Origin: Candidatus Latescibacterota bacterium
GTDB lineage: Bacteria; Latescibacterota; UBA2968; GCA-2709665
Direction of reading: 5' to 3'
Length of the DNA: 64,000 nt
Assembly (NCBI GenBank): GCA_965226795.1
Contig: CBDDDZ010000003.1
Span: forward strand, 416,001 to 480,000
Below, one piece after another: positions 22,269 to 31,024 of the stretch (the first letter of the stretch is position 1; every line of letters begins with the position of its first letter). The notes under the pieces were generated by a model. It worked only from the letters and a program-made list of their open reading frames with translations. It had not been told where the DNA came from and made no database searches. A program made the translations under genes and the position numbers.

Positions 22269-23108
22269 CTAACCGGGCGCCACGTCGCAGAGCCACCGTT
22301 GAACCGCCTCCGAAAAGCCGTCCGCGTTGTGGTCTGGTACCACCGGAAACCGTTCTCTCAAGGGTTCGGGGGCATTCTGCACGACGAATGGAAACCCGCA
22401 CCACTCCAACATATCCGAGTCGTTGTAGTCGTTTCCGACGGCAGCGGAGCGACCGGCATCCACGCCCAGGCGCTCGCACAGCCTGTCCGCCGACCGGGCC
22501 TTGGAAACCTGTCTCGGAAAAATCTCGAACCACGTGGACCGGTGGTCCGAAGGAGACGTGGTCCGGATCACCGAAAGGTCCGTCAATGCGTTCGAGAGCG
22601 CGTCATGGGCGCGCCACGGATCCGCGTCGCTGGGACAGACCACCAGGAACTGCGAAGCCCGGCCGTGCCGTGGACAACCGGGATTCAGCGGACGGCAGAA
22701 CTCCGCGTTGTATTGACGCCTGCGTAAAAAATCGGGATTGTGCTCGTTCTGTTCCCAGTACTCGAACGTATGGTTCTCCGGAACCGGCGCGTGAACCATA
22801 AAATCGAAACCGCTATCGATAAGATAGTCGGTAACGCGGTGCACGACTCCGGCGGAAAGGGAATGGGATTCCACAAGCGTCTGATCCCGGAAATCGAAAA
22901 CACCGACCCCCGACGAGGTAATCAGAAAATCGATCGGGAAGGTGTCCGGCAAGACGGTCCGCGCCGACACAAGGGACCGACCCGTAACCACCGCCCTCCA
23001 GACGTTCTTGCTCCCCAGCGATTTGAGCGTTTCCAGGCTTCGTGCGCTTGCTCTTCGATCGCTCTGTAACAGCGTTCCGTCCAGATCCGTAAACAAAGCA
23101 AGGATCAT
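22269..23108 (-). CDS. HAD-IIB (Cof-like) hydrolase
   Basis: TDLDGTLL, TGR, SKA, GNDYNDSDML. Confidence 0.88.
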   Translation of the reverse strand: MILALFTDLDGTLLQSDRRASARSLETLKSLGSKNVWRAVVTGRSLVSARTVLPDTFPIDFLITSSGVGVFDFRDQTLVESHSLSAGVVHRVTDYLIDSGFDFMVHAPVPENHTFEYWEQNEHNPDFLRRRQYNAEFCRPLNPGCPRHGRASQFLVVCPSDADPWRAHDALSNALTDLSVIRTTSPSDHRSTWFEIFPRQVSKARSADRLCERLGVDAGRSAAVGNDYNDSDMLEWCGFPFVVQNAPEPLRERFPVVPDHNADGFSEAVQRWLCDVAPG

Positions 23109-23190
23109 ATTTTTTTTCTGCGGCTCCAACCCGTGTCTCCATACCTGTACGGCCATTCATTCGCCGGGACTCCGAGGTCTCCCGCGCTCC

Positions 23191-23526
23191 TCACACATCG
23201 GCAATGCGATATGAATACAGCGACGCCTTCCTCATGTAGAACCGGAATCGGGTATAGCCGACGATCGTGTTTACGGCCGGAACCCCATTCCACGACACCA
23301 CATGCTTCACGTCGTCTCCCGTGAACCGGTCGCAGTCCTCGCGACGATGCCGGGCCCAGGGGTTCTCCATCGGATCCAGAACCTCCACGTCGATATATCC
23401 GCCCGGGTCGCACCGTGCGTTGATGATGAGTTTCTCTCCCGTGGAAAACTGCGGCCGCGTGCAAACGATCCCTTCCTGGAGCCCTGCATTCAGCGGGAAT
23501 ATAAAAAAGGCCGGAAGAAAACGCAT
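23191..23526 (-). pseudogene. Probable C-terminal remnant of a beta-propeller glycoside-hydrolase-like protein
   Basis: LNAGLQEGIVCTRP..KLIINA..VEVLD..DCDRFTGD..V.W..RFYMRKASLYSY resembles the C-terminal domain of such proteins; no upstream catalytic part. Confidence 0.5.
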
Positions 23527-23561
23527 AATCGATTCGCTTCCGGATTTCCGCTGGCGATTCC

Positions 23562-23591
23562 AAACAAAAACGGCGCACCACCGTGCGCCGT
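23562..23591 (-). terminator. Intrinsic terminator downstream of the pgsA-like gene
   Basis: ACGGCGCAC-GGTG-GTGCGCCGT followed by TTTTGTTT on the minus strand. Confidence 0.7.
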
Positions 23592-23649
23592 CACCTTCGT
23601 AAATCCTCTTACTCGTTTTCAGTTCACGCGAATCCTATCGGCCGTCCGG

Positions 23650-24231
23650 TCAATCCCGGGACCGCTTGCGAAAATACAAAACCCGGTGCAGCGCGGTATA
23701 ATTGGCCAGAAACGCAATCGCCCATATGGCTACAGTAAGACCGATTTCGCCCACCAGCGCTCCCACGCCGATGGCGATGACCCGTTCCGGCCGCTGCATG
23801 AAACCGACCTTGCACTCTTCGCCCAGACCCTCGACACGCGCCCGGATATAGCTGACCATCAAGGAGCCGGCCAGCGCGAAAAATACGGCGGACGTGGTCC
23901 ACAGGGAGTCCGACCGGATAAAGCTGACAGCCACGCCAAACCAGATGAAAATTTCTGAATACCGGTCGACGGTCGAGTCCAGAAGCGCGCCGAAGGTGGT
24001 TTCGCTACGCCCAACGCGAGCCACCTGTCCATCCAGAAAATCGAACACACCGGCAAGCAGCACAACAAAGCCCGCCCATCGGAAGTAATCGATCCCGAAA
24101 AACACCGCCGCAACCAGGTTGAGGATAAACCCAACGAGGGTCAGGACATTCGGCCGGAACCTCTTTTTCACAAGAAACTGCGTGGAGGGTTCGAGCAGTT
24201 CGGCGACGTCGTCTTTAACCTTTTCAATCAC
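23650..24231 (-). CDS. CDP-alcohol phosphatidyltransferase (PgsA/PIP synthase family)
   Basis: PNVLT, DFLDGQVAR..GALLDSTVDRYSE, SYIRAR, RPER. Confidence 0.9.
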   Translation of the reverse strand: MIEKVKDDVAELLEPSTQFLVKKRFRPNVLTLVGFILNLVAAVFFGIDYFRWAGFVVLLAGVFDFLDGQVARVGRSETTFGALLDSTVDRYSEIFIWFGVAVSFIRSDSLWTTSAVFFALAGSLMVSYIRARVEGLGEECKVGFMQRPERVIAIGVGALVGEIGLTVAIWAIAFLANYTALHRVLYFRKRSRD

Positions 24232-24558
24232 GGGCCAGCATTCCCCATCGGCCGGGATATTGCATTTCCGGGCAGAGCACTACCGAATTTTTTCGAAATA
24301 TAGAATAATCGAAGGGGGGTAGCAAGGGAAATCTTCGATCCCGAAGGCGGTTCCGATCGACGGATTTCCGCGTGTGGACAGGGGAGGGGCCAGTTCGAAG
24401 ACCCCCGGTATCGGTCGTGTATGTGGGTTGATCTTTCCTCGTCGCTGCCCGGGAACTGCTCACGCGAAGCGTTCGCATCCGACGTGGTTTCGAGCGCGAT
24501 CCGGTGGCGATGGTCAGGAACATGGAAATCGCGTCACGCACAACGCGTCGCCGGCCGG

Positions 24559-25219
24559 CCGGTGGTTGGGTGAGTCGGCGGATTTCCCCACGTATTTTCC
24601 ACATACTGGTGCCATAGCCTGAGGATAACTCGCGAGTCTAATGAGTTAAATAACATAAAAACAATTGTTTTAGTTATAAACATCTACTTTTGTACAGTTA
24701 TTCAGGGATGTGGATTACCGCGCGTTGCTCCCCGCAGGGGATATGCCGGTGCTCGTTTCGTCGTCCTTATCCCTTGACCGGTGGTTGGGTGAGTCGGCGG
24801 ATTTCCCCACGTATTTTCCACATACTGGTGCCATAGCCTGAGGATAACTCGCGAGTCTAATGAGTTAAATAACATAAAAACAATTGTTTTAGTTATAAAC
24901 ATCTACTTTTGTACAGTTATTCAGGGATGTGGATTACCGCGCGTTGCTCCCCGCAGGGGATATGCCGGTGCTCGTTTCGTCGTCCTTATCCCTTGACCGG
25001 TGGTTGGGTGAGTCGGCGGATTTCCCCACGTATTTTCCACATACTGGTGCCATAGCCTGAGGATAACTCGCGAGTCTAATGAGTTAAATAACATAAAAAC
25101 AATTGTTTTAGTTATAAACATCTACTTTTGTACAGTTATTCAGGGATGTGGATTACCGCGCGTTGCTCCCCGCAGGGGATATGCCGGTGCTCGTTTCGTC
25201 GTCCTTATCCCTTGACCGG
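24559..25219. repeat. Exact tandem triplication of a 219-bp unit rich in DnaA boxes
   Basis: Units begin at 24559, 24778 and 24997; terminal CCGG microhomology at 25216-25219; identical 66-aa shadow ORFs in the track. Confidence 0.95.
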
Positions 25220-25240
25220 AGACGGCCGGCATGTTATTCT
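25212..25240 (+). promoter_or_regulatory. sigma70-type promoter for the FAH gene
   Basis: TTGACC-N17-TATTCT with extended TG. Confidence 0.55.
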
Positions 25241-25295
25241 TCGCACCCTGTTCGGCAGGACGACGTCATCCTTCAAACGAAAGGTAACCCTTATT

Positions 25296-26153
25296 ATGCG
25301 ACTGCTCACCTTTGATTGCCAGGGAGCACGACGCGTGGGTGTCAGGTCGGGAGATACGATCGTGGACGTGAACCGTGTCGATCCCGACATCCCCCCGGAT
25401 CTCCTAAGCCTGCTGGAGGCGGGGCCGGCCGCGCTGGAAGCGGCGCGAGAGGCGGCAGAGGGAGGCGAAGGCATCGACGCCGGTGGCGTCCATGTGGCGG
25501 CGCCCATCCAGAATCCGGAAAAGATCCTCTGCATCGGCCTCAACTATGCGGACCACGCCGCCGAAAGCAATATGCCCATTCCCTCCGAGCCGGTGGTATT
25601 TTCCAAGTTCTCTTCCACGATTATCGGTCCCGGCGATGCGATCCGCCTGCCGTCAGTGACGCGGTCTATCGACTATGAGGTCGAACTGGTGGTTGTCATC
25701 GGGACGGCAGGAAAGGATATATCGGAATCCGACGCGATGGACCATGTCGCGGGCTATACCGTGGGCCACGACGTGAGCGCGCGGGACTTCCAGCTTGAAA
25801 AACCTGGCGGGCAATGGCTGTTGGGCAAGACCTTCGACACCTTCGCGCCGCTGGGACCGGATATTGTCACCCCCGACGAGGTCGACGATCCGCACAACCT
25901 GGGTATACGGTGTATCCTGAACGGCCAAACCGTTCAGGACTCGAATACGGAACAGCTGATTTTCAAGATCGACCAACTGATCGCCTACCTGTCCCGGGTT
26001 GTCACTCTCCAGCCCGGCGACCTGATCTTCACGGGCACGCCACCCGGAGTCGGAATGGCCCGCCGGCCGCAACTCTGGCTGCGAGCCGGGGACACCGTGG
26101 TTTGTGAAGTCGACGGCATCGGCAGGCTTGAGAATCCGGTTGTTTCCGGCTGA
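25296..26153 (+). CDS. Fumarylacetoacetate hydrolase family protein
   Basis: KILCIGLNYADH, DYEVEL, DVSARD, GKTFDTFAPLGP, TGTPPGVG. Confidence 0.93.
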   Translation: MRLLTFDCQGARRVGVRSGDTIVDVNRVDPDIPPDLLSLLEAGPAALEAAREAAEGGEGIDAGGVHVAAPIQNPEKILCIGLNYADHAAESNMPIPSEPVVFSKFSSTIIGPGDAIRLPSVTRSIDYEVELVVVIGTAGKDISESDAMDHVAGYTVGHDVSARDFQLEKPGGQWLLGKTFDTFAPLGPDIVTPDEVDDPHNLGIRCILNGQTVQDSNTEQLIFKIDQLIAYLSRVVTLQPGDLIFTGTPPGVGMARRPQLWLRAGDTVVCEVDGIGRLENPVVSG

Positions 26154-26312
26154 CGGATTCGAGGTCGAAAAACCGGGGTCGCTGCGGTGGCCCCGACAAC
26201 CTCTGGAATCATGCCGAAGCCTGTCGCCCCCGTGGTCCCGCAGACACGGCGGCTCTCATACTTGAACCGGTATAGCGTGTCGTTATCTGATGTATAAACC
26301 GATTTTTTGTGG

Positions 26313-26344
26313 TCAACTTACACACACGAGTGTGTGTAAGTTGA
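26313..26344. promoter_or_regulatory. 32-bp inverted-repeat operator candidate (perfect 15-bp arms)
   Basis: TCAACTTACACACAC-ga-GTGTGTGTAAGTTGA, 60 bp upstream of the XRE-mutase ATG. Confidence 0.7.
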
Positions 26345-26404
26345 GGCGCGGTGTCGCAATCGTACTTTCAGTGTCGCAGTATCCCCTTAACGGAGGCTTC
26401 GCGG

Positions 26405-28246
26405 ATGAATTTCGGCGATATGATCGAGAGGGCGCGCAGGGGCAGGTTCAGCCAGGAGGGGCTGGGCGAAAGGATCGGCGTCTGGGGCACCTACATTGGA
26501 CAGATCGAGAGCGGGAAGCGAATTCCTTCGGATGAGCGATGCCTGGACCTGGCGGCCATTCTTGACCTGGACCCCAGGGCGCTTCTGATACAGGCTTACA
26601 GGCAGCGCGCCCACACAAAAGAGGCCAGGCGCCTTTTTGACCGGATGGCGAGGTTGCTTTCGGATCCGCCCGTGAGCTGGCGGAAGGCGGATGGCATCGC
26701 GGGCGACGACCACCAACCGGCCAGTGTAGAACAGGGAGATATCCTGGCGGAACGGATCGGTCGCGCGGGTGAGCCGCCCTTCACCCGCGGCGCCTACCGG
26801 TCGATGTATCGTGGGCGCCTCTGGACCCTTCGCCAGTACGCGGGATTCTCCACCCCGGCGGAGACAAACGCCCGGTTTCGCGCTCTGCTTGCCGGGGGCC
26901 AGACCGGCCTGAGCGTGGCCTTCGACCTGCCCACGCAGATGGGCTACGACTCGGACCATCCTGTCGCGGAGGGAGAAGTGGGCAGGGTGGGGGTGGCAGT
27001 CGACGGCCTGTGGGATCTGGAAGCCCTGTTTGATGGTATCCCCCTGGACCGCATCAGCACTTCCATGACAATCAATGCGACGGCGTGCATCCTGTTCGCG
27101 TTCTACGCGGGCCTACGAAAAAAGTGCGGGCTGCCTTCATCGGTGCTTACCGGCACGGTCCAGAACGACATTCTCAAGGAATATGTTTCACGTGGAACAT
27201 ATATCTTCCCCATCGCCGACTCGATGCGCATGGTTGTGGATCTGATGGGCTATTGTCTCCGGGAGGCGCCGAAGTGGAATCCCATCAGCGTCAGCGGGTA
27301 CCACATGAGAGAAGCGGGCGCAACCGCCGCCCAGGAGCTTGGTTTCACGCTCGCCCACGCCCTGTCGTATGCCGATGCCACCAGGGACGCCGGCCTCGAA
27401 CTGGAGCGGATCCTTCCGAAATTCTCCTTCTTTTTTGGCGTCCACAACCATTTCCTTGAAGAAGTCGCCAAATTCCGGGCCGCCAGGCGACTCTGGAGCC
27501 GCCTCGTCGAGGAACGCCTGGGTGTCGGGGACCCGCGCTGCAGGCGACTGAGATTTCACGCCCAGACCGCCGGCTCCACACTCACGGCGCAGCAGCCGTT
27601 GAACAACTGCGCGCGGACCACGCTGCAGGCGCTGGCCGCCGTGCTGGGCGGCGCCCAGTCCCTGCACGTCAACGCCTACGACGAAGCGCTCGGCCTGCCG
27701 TCGGAAACGGGAGCGCAACTGGCCGTCCGTACCCAGCAGATCCTCGCCTGTGAAAGCGGCATCCCCGACACCGTCGATCCGATGGGCGGGTCGTTTGCGG
27801 TCGAGAAAATGACCGATGAACTGGAGGAGGAAGCCATTGCCGTTCTCGAGTCGGTCGACCGGGAGGGGGGGGCCACGCTGGCCGCCGCGAACGGCTTCAC
27901 AGCAGCCTGTATCGCGGATTCCGCATACGATACGCAGAAGAAGATTGAATCCGGTGAAACGGTCGTGGTGGGGGTGAACCGGTATCAGGAGGCTGCGGAT
28001 CCACCTGCTTCCGTATTCGAGCCCCCACAGGACACGGAGCATACACAGAAAGGTGGGCTGGCGCGGGCCCGGAACCTGCGGGATTCCGATGCGACGAATG
28101 CTGCGCTGGACAAAGTCGCACGTCGGGCTCGGGGGAAAGGGTCGATCACGGAGGCGGTCGTGGCGGCGGGGATGGCCGGCGCAACGGTGGGCGAGATTTC
28201 GGACAGGCTGCGCGCGGTTTTTGGATCCTACAGACCCGGAGGGTAA
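26405..28246 (+). CDS. XRE/Cro-C1 HTH domain fused to methylmalonyl-CoA mutase large (substrate-binding) subunit; no B12-binding domain
   Basis: N-terminal SQEGLGERIGVWGTYIGQIESGKRIPS (HTH_3), then PPFTRG, RQYAGF, SVAFDLPTQMGYDSD, QNDILKEY, SGYHMREAG, VVGVN. No DxHxxG motif. Confidence 0.9.
   Translation: MNFGDMIERARRGRFSQEGLGERIGVWGTYIGQIESGKRIPSDERCLDLAAILDLDPRALLIQAYRQRAHTKEARRLFDRMARLLSDPPVSWRKADGIAGDDHQPASVEQGDILAERIGRAGEPPFTRGAYRSMYRGRLWTLRQYAGFSTPAETNARFRALLAGGQTGLSVAFDLPTQMGYDSDHPVAEGEVGRVGVAVDGLWDLEALFDGIPLDRISTSMTINATACILFAFYAGLRKKCGLPSSVLTGTVQNDILKEYVSRGTYIFPIADSMRMVVDLMGYCLREAPKWNPISVSGYHMREAGATAAQELGFTLAHALSYADATRDAGLELERILPKFSFFFGVHNHFLEEVAKFRAARRLWSRLVEERLGVGDPRCRRLRFHAQTAGSTLTAQQPLNNCARTTLQALAAVLGGAQSLHVNAYDEALGLPSETGAQLAVRTQQILACESGIPDTVDPMGGSFAVEKMTDELEEEAIAVLESVDREGGATLAAANGFTAACIADSAYDTQKKIESGETVVVGVNRYQEAADPPASVFEPPQDTEHTQKGGLARARNLRDSDATNAALDKVARRARGKGSITEAVVAAGMAGATVGEISDRLRAVFGSYRPGG
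27184..27199. promoter_or_regulatory. parS site (perfect)
   Basis: TGTTTCACGTGGAACA, reverse complement TGTTCCACGTGAAACA; origin-proximal. Confidence 0.8.
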
Positions 28247-28248
28247 CC

Positions 28249-28647
28249 GTGGACGGATGCGTGGATCATGTTGGCATTGCGGTTGACGAGATTGACAGGG
28301 CTCTGGCTGTCTATTCCATGCTCGGGTTCGAAAAGATGGAAGAAGAGACTGTGGAAGCGGAAGGCGTTCGAGCCGTATTTCTCGGCGGCGCCGGCCTCAC
28401 ACGGATCGAACTCCTCGAACCACTGGACGAGCGGAGTTCCCTGGCGAGATTCATTTCCGGACGGGGGCAGGGTCTACACCACATCGCGTTCCGCGTGAAG
28501 AATGTCGAAGCGGCCGTCTCAACCTGCAAAGTCGACGGGCTCAAGATCGCCGGCGAAGTCCGGACAGGCGCCCTCGGAAGGCCTGTGGCGTTCATGCATC
28601 CCAAAAGCGCATCGGGCGTACTGATCGAACTCGTTCAGGCCGCTTGA
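28249..28647 (+). CDS. mce: Methylmalonyl-CoA epimerase (VOC family)
   Basis: DHVGIAV, IELLEP, GLHHIAF, FMHPKSASGVLIELVQ. 2 bp after the mutase stop. Confidence 0.9.
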   Translation: MDGCVDHVGIAVDEIDRALAVYSMLGFEKMEEETVEAEGVRAVFLGGAGLTRIELLEPLDERSSLARFISGRGQGLHHIAFRVKNVEAAVSTCKVDGLKIAGEVRTGALGRPVAFMHPKSASGVLIELVQAA

Positions 28648-29295
28648 TCATGCGCCCCGGGCGGAGACCCTCACAAGGATCGTGTTCCTTTGGTGCGCTT
28701 CGGGGGCCATGGATTCTATGGACACGACGGAGCCATCGCCTCCGAATTCCTCTACTTCCCGGTAGGCGCCGGAACCCTTCAGTGCAAATAATTCTCCATC
28801 TCTTTTGAGGAATCCTGACGACAGGCGCCAAAGGAAGGGCAGGGCGCCGACCGCGCGCGCCGTTACAACGTCGTACCGTCCGCGATGCTCGACACGCTCG
28901 CAGGCAGCCTCAGCGCGGTCGGTTAAAACGGACAGCCCGTCCATCTCGAGTTCATCCGCCAGGTGGTTCAGGAAAAGACCCTTCATTCGTAACGACTCCA
29001 GAAGCACGACGTTTATTTCCGGGCGGGCGATCTTGAGCGGCACGCCCGGTAAACCCGCACCCGATCCCAGGTCCAGCAGCGAAATCGGCCCGGGGGGCAG
29101 AAAGGGCGTCACCCTCAAACTGTCAATTATGTGGCGCTCTCTGATTTTGTCCCGATCCCCTCGGGAAACCAGTCGCACCCGTTCGGACCATGACCTGAGC
29201 AGCGACTCATATCGATAAAACTGCGCCGCCTGTTCTTCTGACAACGCAACTGATAAAGCCTCCTCCGCAGCTGCCAGGAATTCCCGATCGGTCAC
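28648..29295 (-). CDS. rsmG: 16S rRNA m7G527 methyltransferase
   Basis: RHIIDS, DLGSGAGLPG, TARAV, LKG. Confidence 0.92.
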   Translation of the reverse strand: MTDREFLAAAEEALSVALSEEQAAQFYRYESLLRSWSERVRLVSRGDRDKIRERHIIDSLRVTPFLPPGPISLLDLGSGAGLPGVPLKIARPEINVVLLESLRMKGLFLNHLADELEMDGLSVLTDRAEAACERVEHRGRYDVVTARAVGALPFLWRLSSGFLKRDGELFALKGSGAYREVEEFGGDGSVVSIESMAPEAHQRNTILVRVSARGA

Positions 29296-29351
29296 GGCTC
29301 CTCCACACGCGCCCGGTAACGCAACCCGCAGATTTCTCCGGCAGAATCCGA

Positions 29352-29367
29352 ATTTTCACGTGGAACA
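29352..29367. promoter_or_regulatory. parS-like site (14/16)
   Basis: ATTTTCACGTGGAACA upstream of rsmG. Confidence 0.6.
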
Positions 29368-29475
29368 TCAGCGATTTGCTTTCAGCTTAAAACAAAAACA
29401 GCTATCAGCTGTCAGCTTAAACCGGTTGGCGATACGGCCGTGCGATATCAATCACCGATATCTGCGCCATTATGT

Positions 29476-29500
29476 GGGCGACACTGAGAGTCGCCCCTAC
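29476..29500 (-). repeat. GTAG-type REP hairpin
   Basis: Minus strand GTAG-GGGCGAC-TCTCAGT-GTCGCCC. Confidence 0.55.
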
Positions 29501-29656
29501 AAAATCAACAGCGGCGAGGACCAAAGCATACAGCCAAAGGCCGTTCAATCGCCAATCCTGGCGGCGGTCCTTCCAGGTCACCGCCCGCCCGGTTGTAGGG
29601 ATGGGGATTTTCCGCGTCAATCCGTCTAACACCTCTTACCTCTCACGGCCTCTCAG

Positions 29657-31012
29657 CTATTTACCGATACAAAACCTACTGAAAATCCGGTCCAGGATCT
29701 CCTCCGACGTGGTGTCGCCGACAATTTCAGCCAGCGCGTCGGCCGCTTCCCGCAAGTCCACCGCGACCACTTCCCGTGGAAGGCCGTCGCCCAGCGCCAC
29801 CGTTCCACGGTCAAGGGCCTCTCCCGCCCGCCGCAACGCCGCGACGTGGCGTGCGTGCGTCACCACGCCGGATTCAGGATCGGAGACTTCCATAACCCGC
29901 TCGCGGATGAGCTTTCTGAGACAGCCGAGGCCCTCCCCCGTGAGGGCGGAGATGGTGAGACCCCGGAACGCGTGATCGTCCCGCCAATCGGCATGAAGGC
30001 CAAGATCCCTCTTGTTCATCACGAGAAGCACGCTTTCGGGATCCAGGCCCGCGACCATGCCTTCCAGCCCCGCGGCAGCGGGGACGGACGCATCCACTAT
30101 CAACAGCACAAGCATCGCCCGCGCAATCGCTTTCCGTGACCGCCGGGCGCCCTCGCGTTCAATCGCGTCGCGCGGCTTTGCGATACCGGCCGTGTCGATC
30201 AGCGTTACGCGAATGCCGTCCAGGGTGATGGACTCCTCAATCGTATCCCGCGTGGTTCCGGACACCGGCGACACGATAGCCCGATCCTCTTCCAGCAGTC
30301 GGTTGAGCAGGCTCGACTTGCCCGCGTTCGGGGGGCCCGCCAGCGCAACGAGGGCGCCCTCGCGTATGACTTTGCCATGCCGATACGAGGCGATCAGGCG
30401 CTCGATCTCTTCCGCCGCCCGCGCGAGCGACGGCCGTATGGCGTCCTGTTCGACGCCAGCGTCTTCGTAAAAATCCAATCCGGCCTCAAGCAACGTCAAC
30501 GAATCCCGCAGGGCTTCCGCCAGATCCTCGAACCTCGACCTCAAGCCACCGCGCAACTGGAAATAGGCGGACCGAAGACCCCGGTCCGCCCGGGCGGTGA
30601 TCATATCCGCTATCGCCTCGGCCTGGGTGAGATCGATCCGGCCATTGAGGAACGCCCGCCGCGTAAATTCGCCGGGTTCAGCCGGCCGGGCGCCCCCCGA
30701 CACGAGGGCCTCCATTGCCCGCTGCAGAAGGAGAGGGCCCCCGTGGCAGTTGAATTCAACCGTATCTTCGCCCGTAAACGACCGGGAAGCCCGCATCACA
30801 GAAACCAGCACCTCGTCCAGGTCCTGGTCTCCGACAACAAATCTGCCGTAAGTAAGGCGGCGGTCCTCAATGTGGTTCAATTCACGTGACCCACAAAAAA
30901 AACCGGAGGCGATTCCTACGGCCTCCGGACCCGTGAGCCGCACGATGCCTATCGCTGCCTCGCCGGGACCGGTGGCGATTGCGACAATGGTATCGCGATC
31001 CGAAGGTTTCAT
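29657..31012 (-). CDS. mnmE: tRNA modification GTPase MnmE
   Basis: DTIVAIAT, GPPNAGKSS, GTTRD, DTAG, NKRD, FSRFCIGK. Confidence 0.97.
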   Translation of the reverse strand: MKPSDRDTIVAIATGPGEAAIGIVRLTGPEAVGIASGFFCGSRELNHIEDRRLTYGRFVVGDQDLDEVLVSVMRASRSFTGEDTVEFNCHGGPLLLQRAMEALVSGGARPAEPGEFTRRAFLNGRIDLTQAEAIADMITARADRGLRSAYFQLRGGLRSRFEDLAEALRDSLTLLEAGLDFYEDAGVEQDAIRPSLARAAEEIERLIASYRHGKVIREGALVALAGPPNAGKSSLLNRLLEEDRAIVSPVSGTTRDTIEESITLDGIRVTLIDTAGIAKPRDAIEREGARRSRKAIARAMLVLLIVDASVPAAAGLEGMVAGLDPESVLLVMNKRDLGLHADWRDDHAFRGLTISALTGEGLGCLRKLIRERVMEVSDPESGVVTHARHVAALRRAGEALDRGTVALGDGLPREVVAVDLREAADALAEIVGDTTSEEILDRIFSRFCIGK

Positions 31013-31024
31013 TATGACTTACCC

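Noticed and set aside
24559..25219. CRISPR array or repeated 66-aa genes
   Set aside because: Units are fully identical with no unique spacers and no cas genes; the ORFs are by-products of the non-coding repeat.
26154..26400. Cobalamin riboswitch upstream of the mutase
   Set aside because: No B12-box or GGGAA core recognisable; only a GC hairpin after the FAH stop and the operator-like palindrome.
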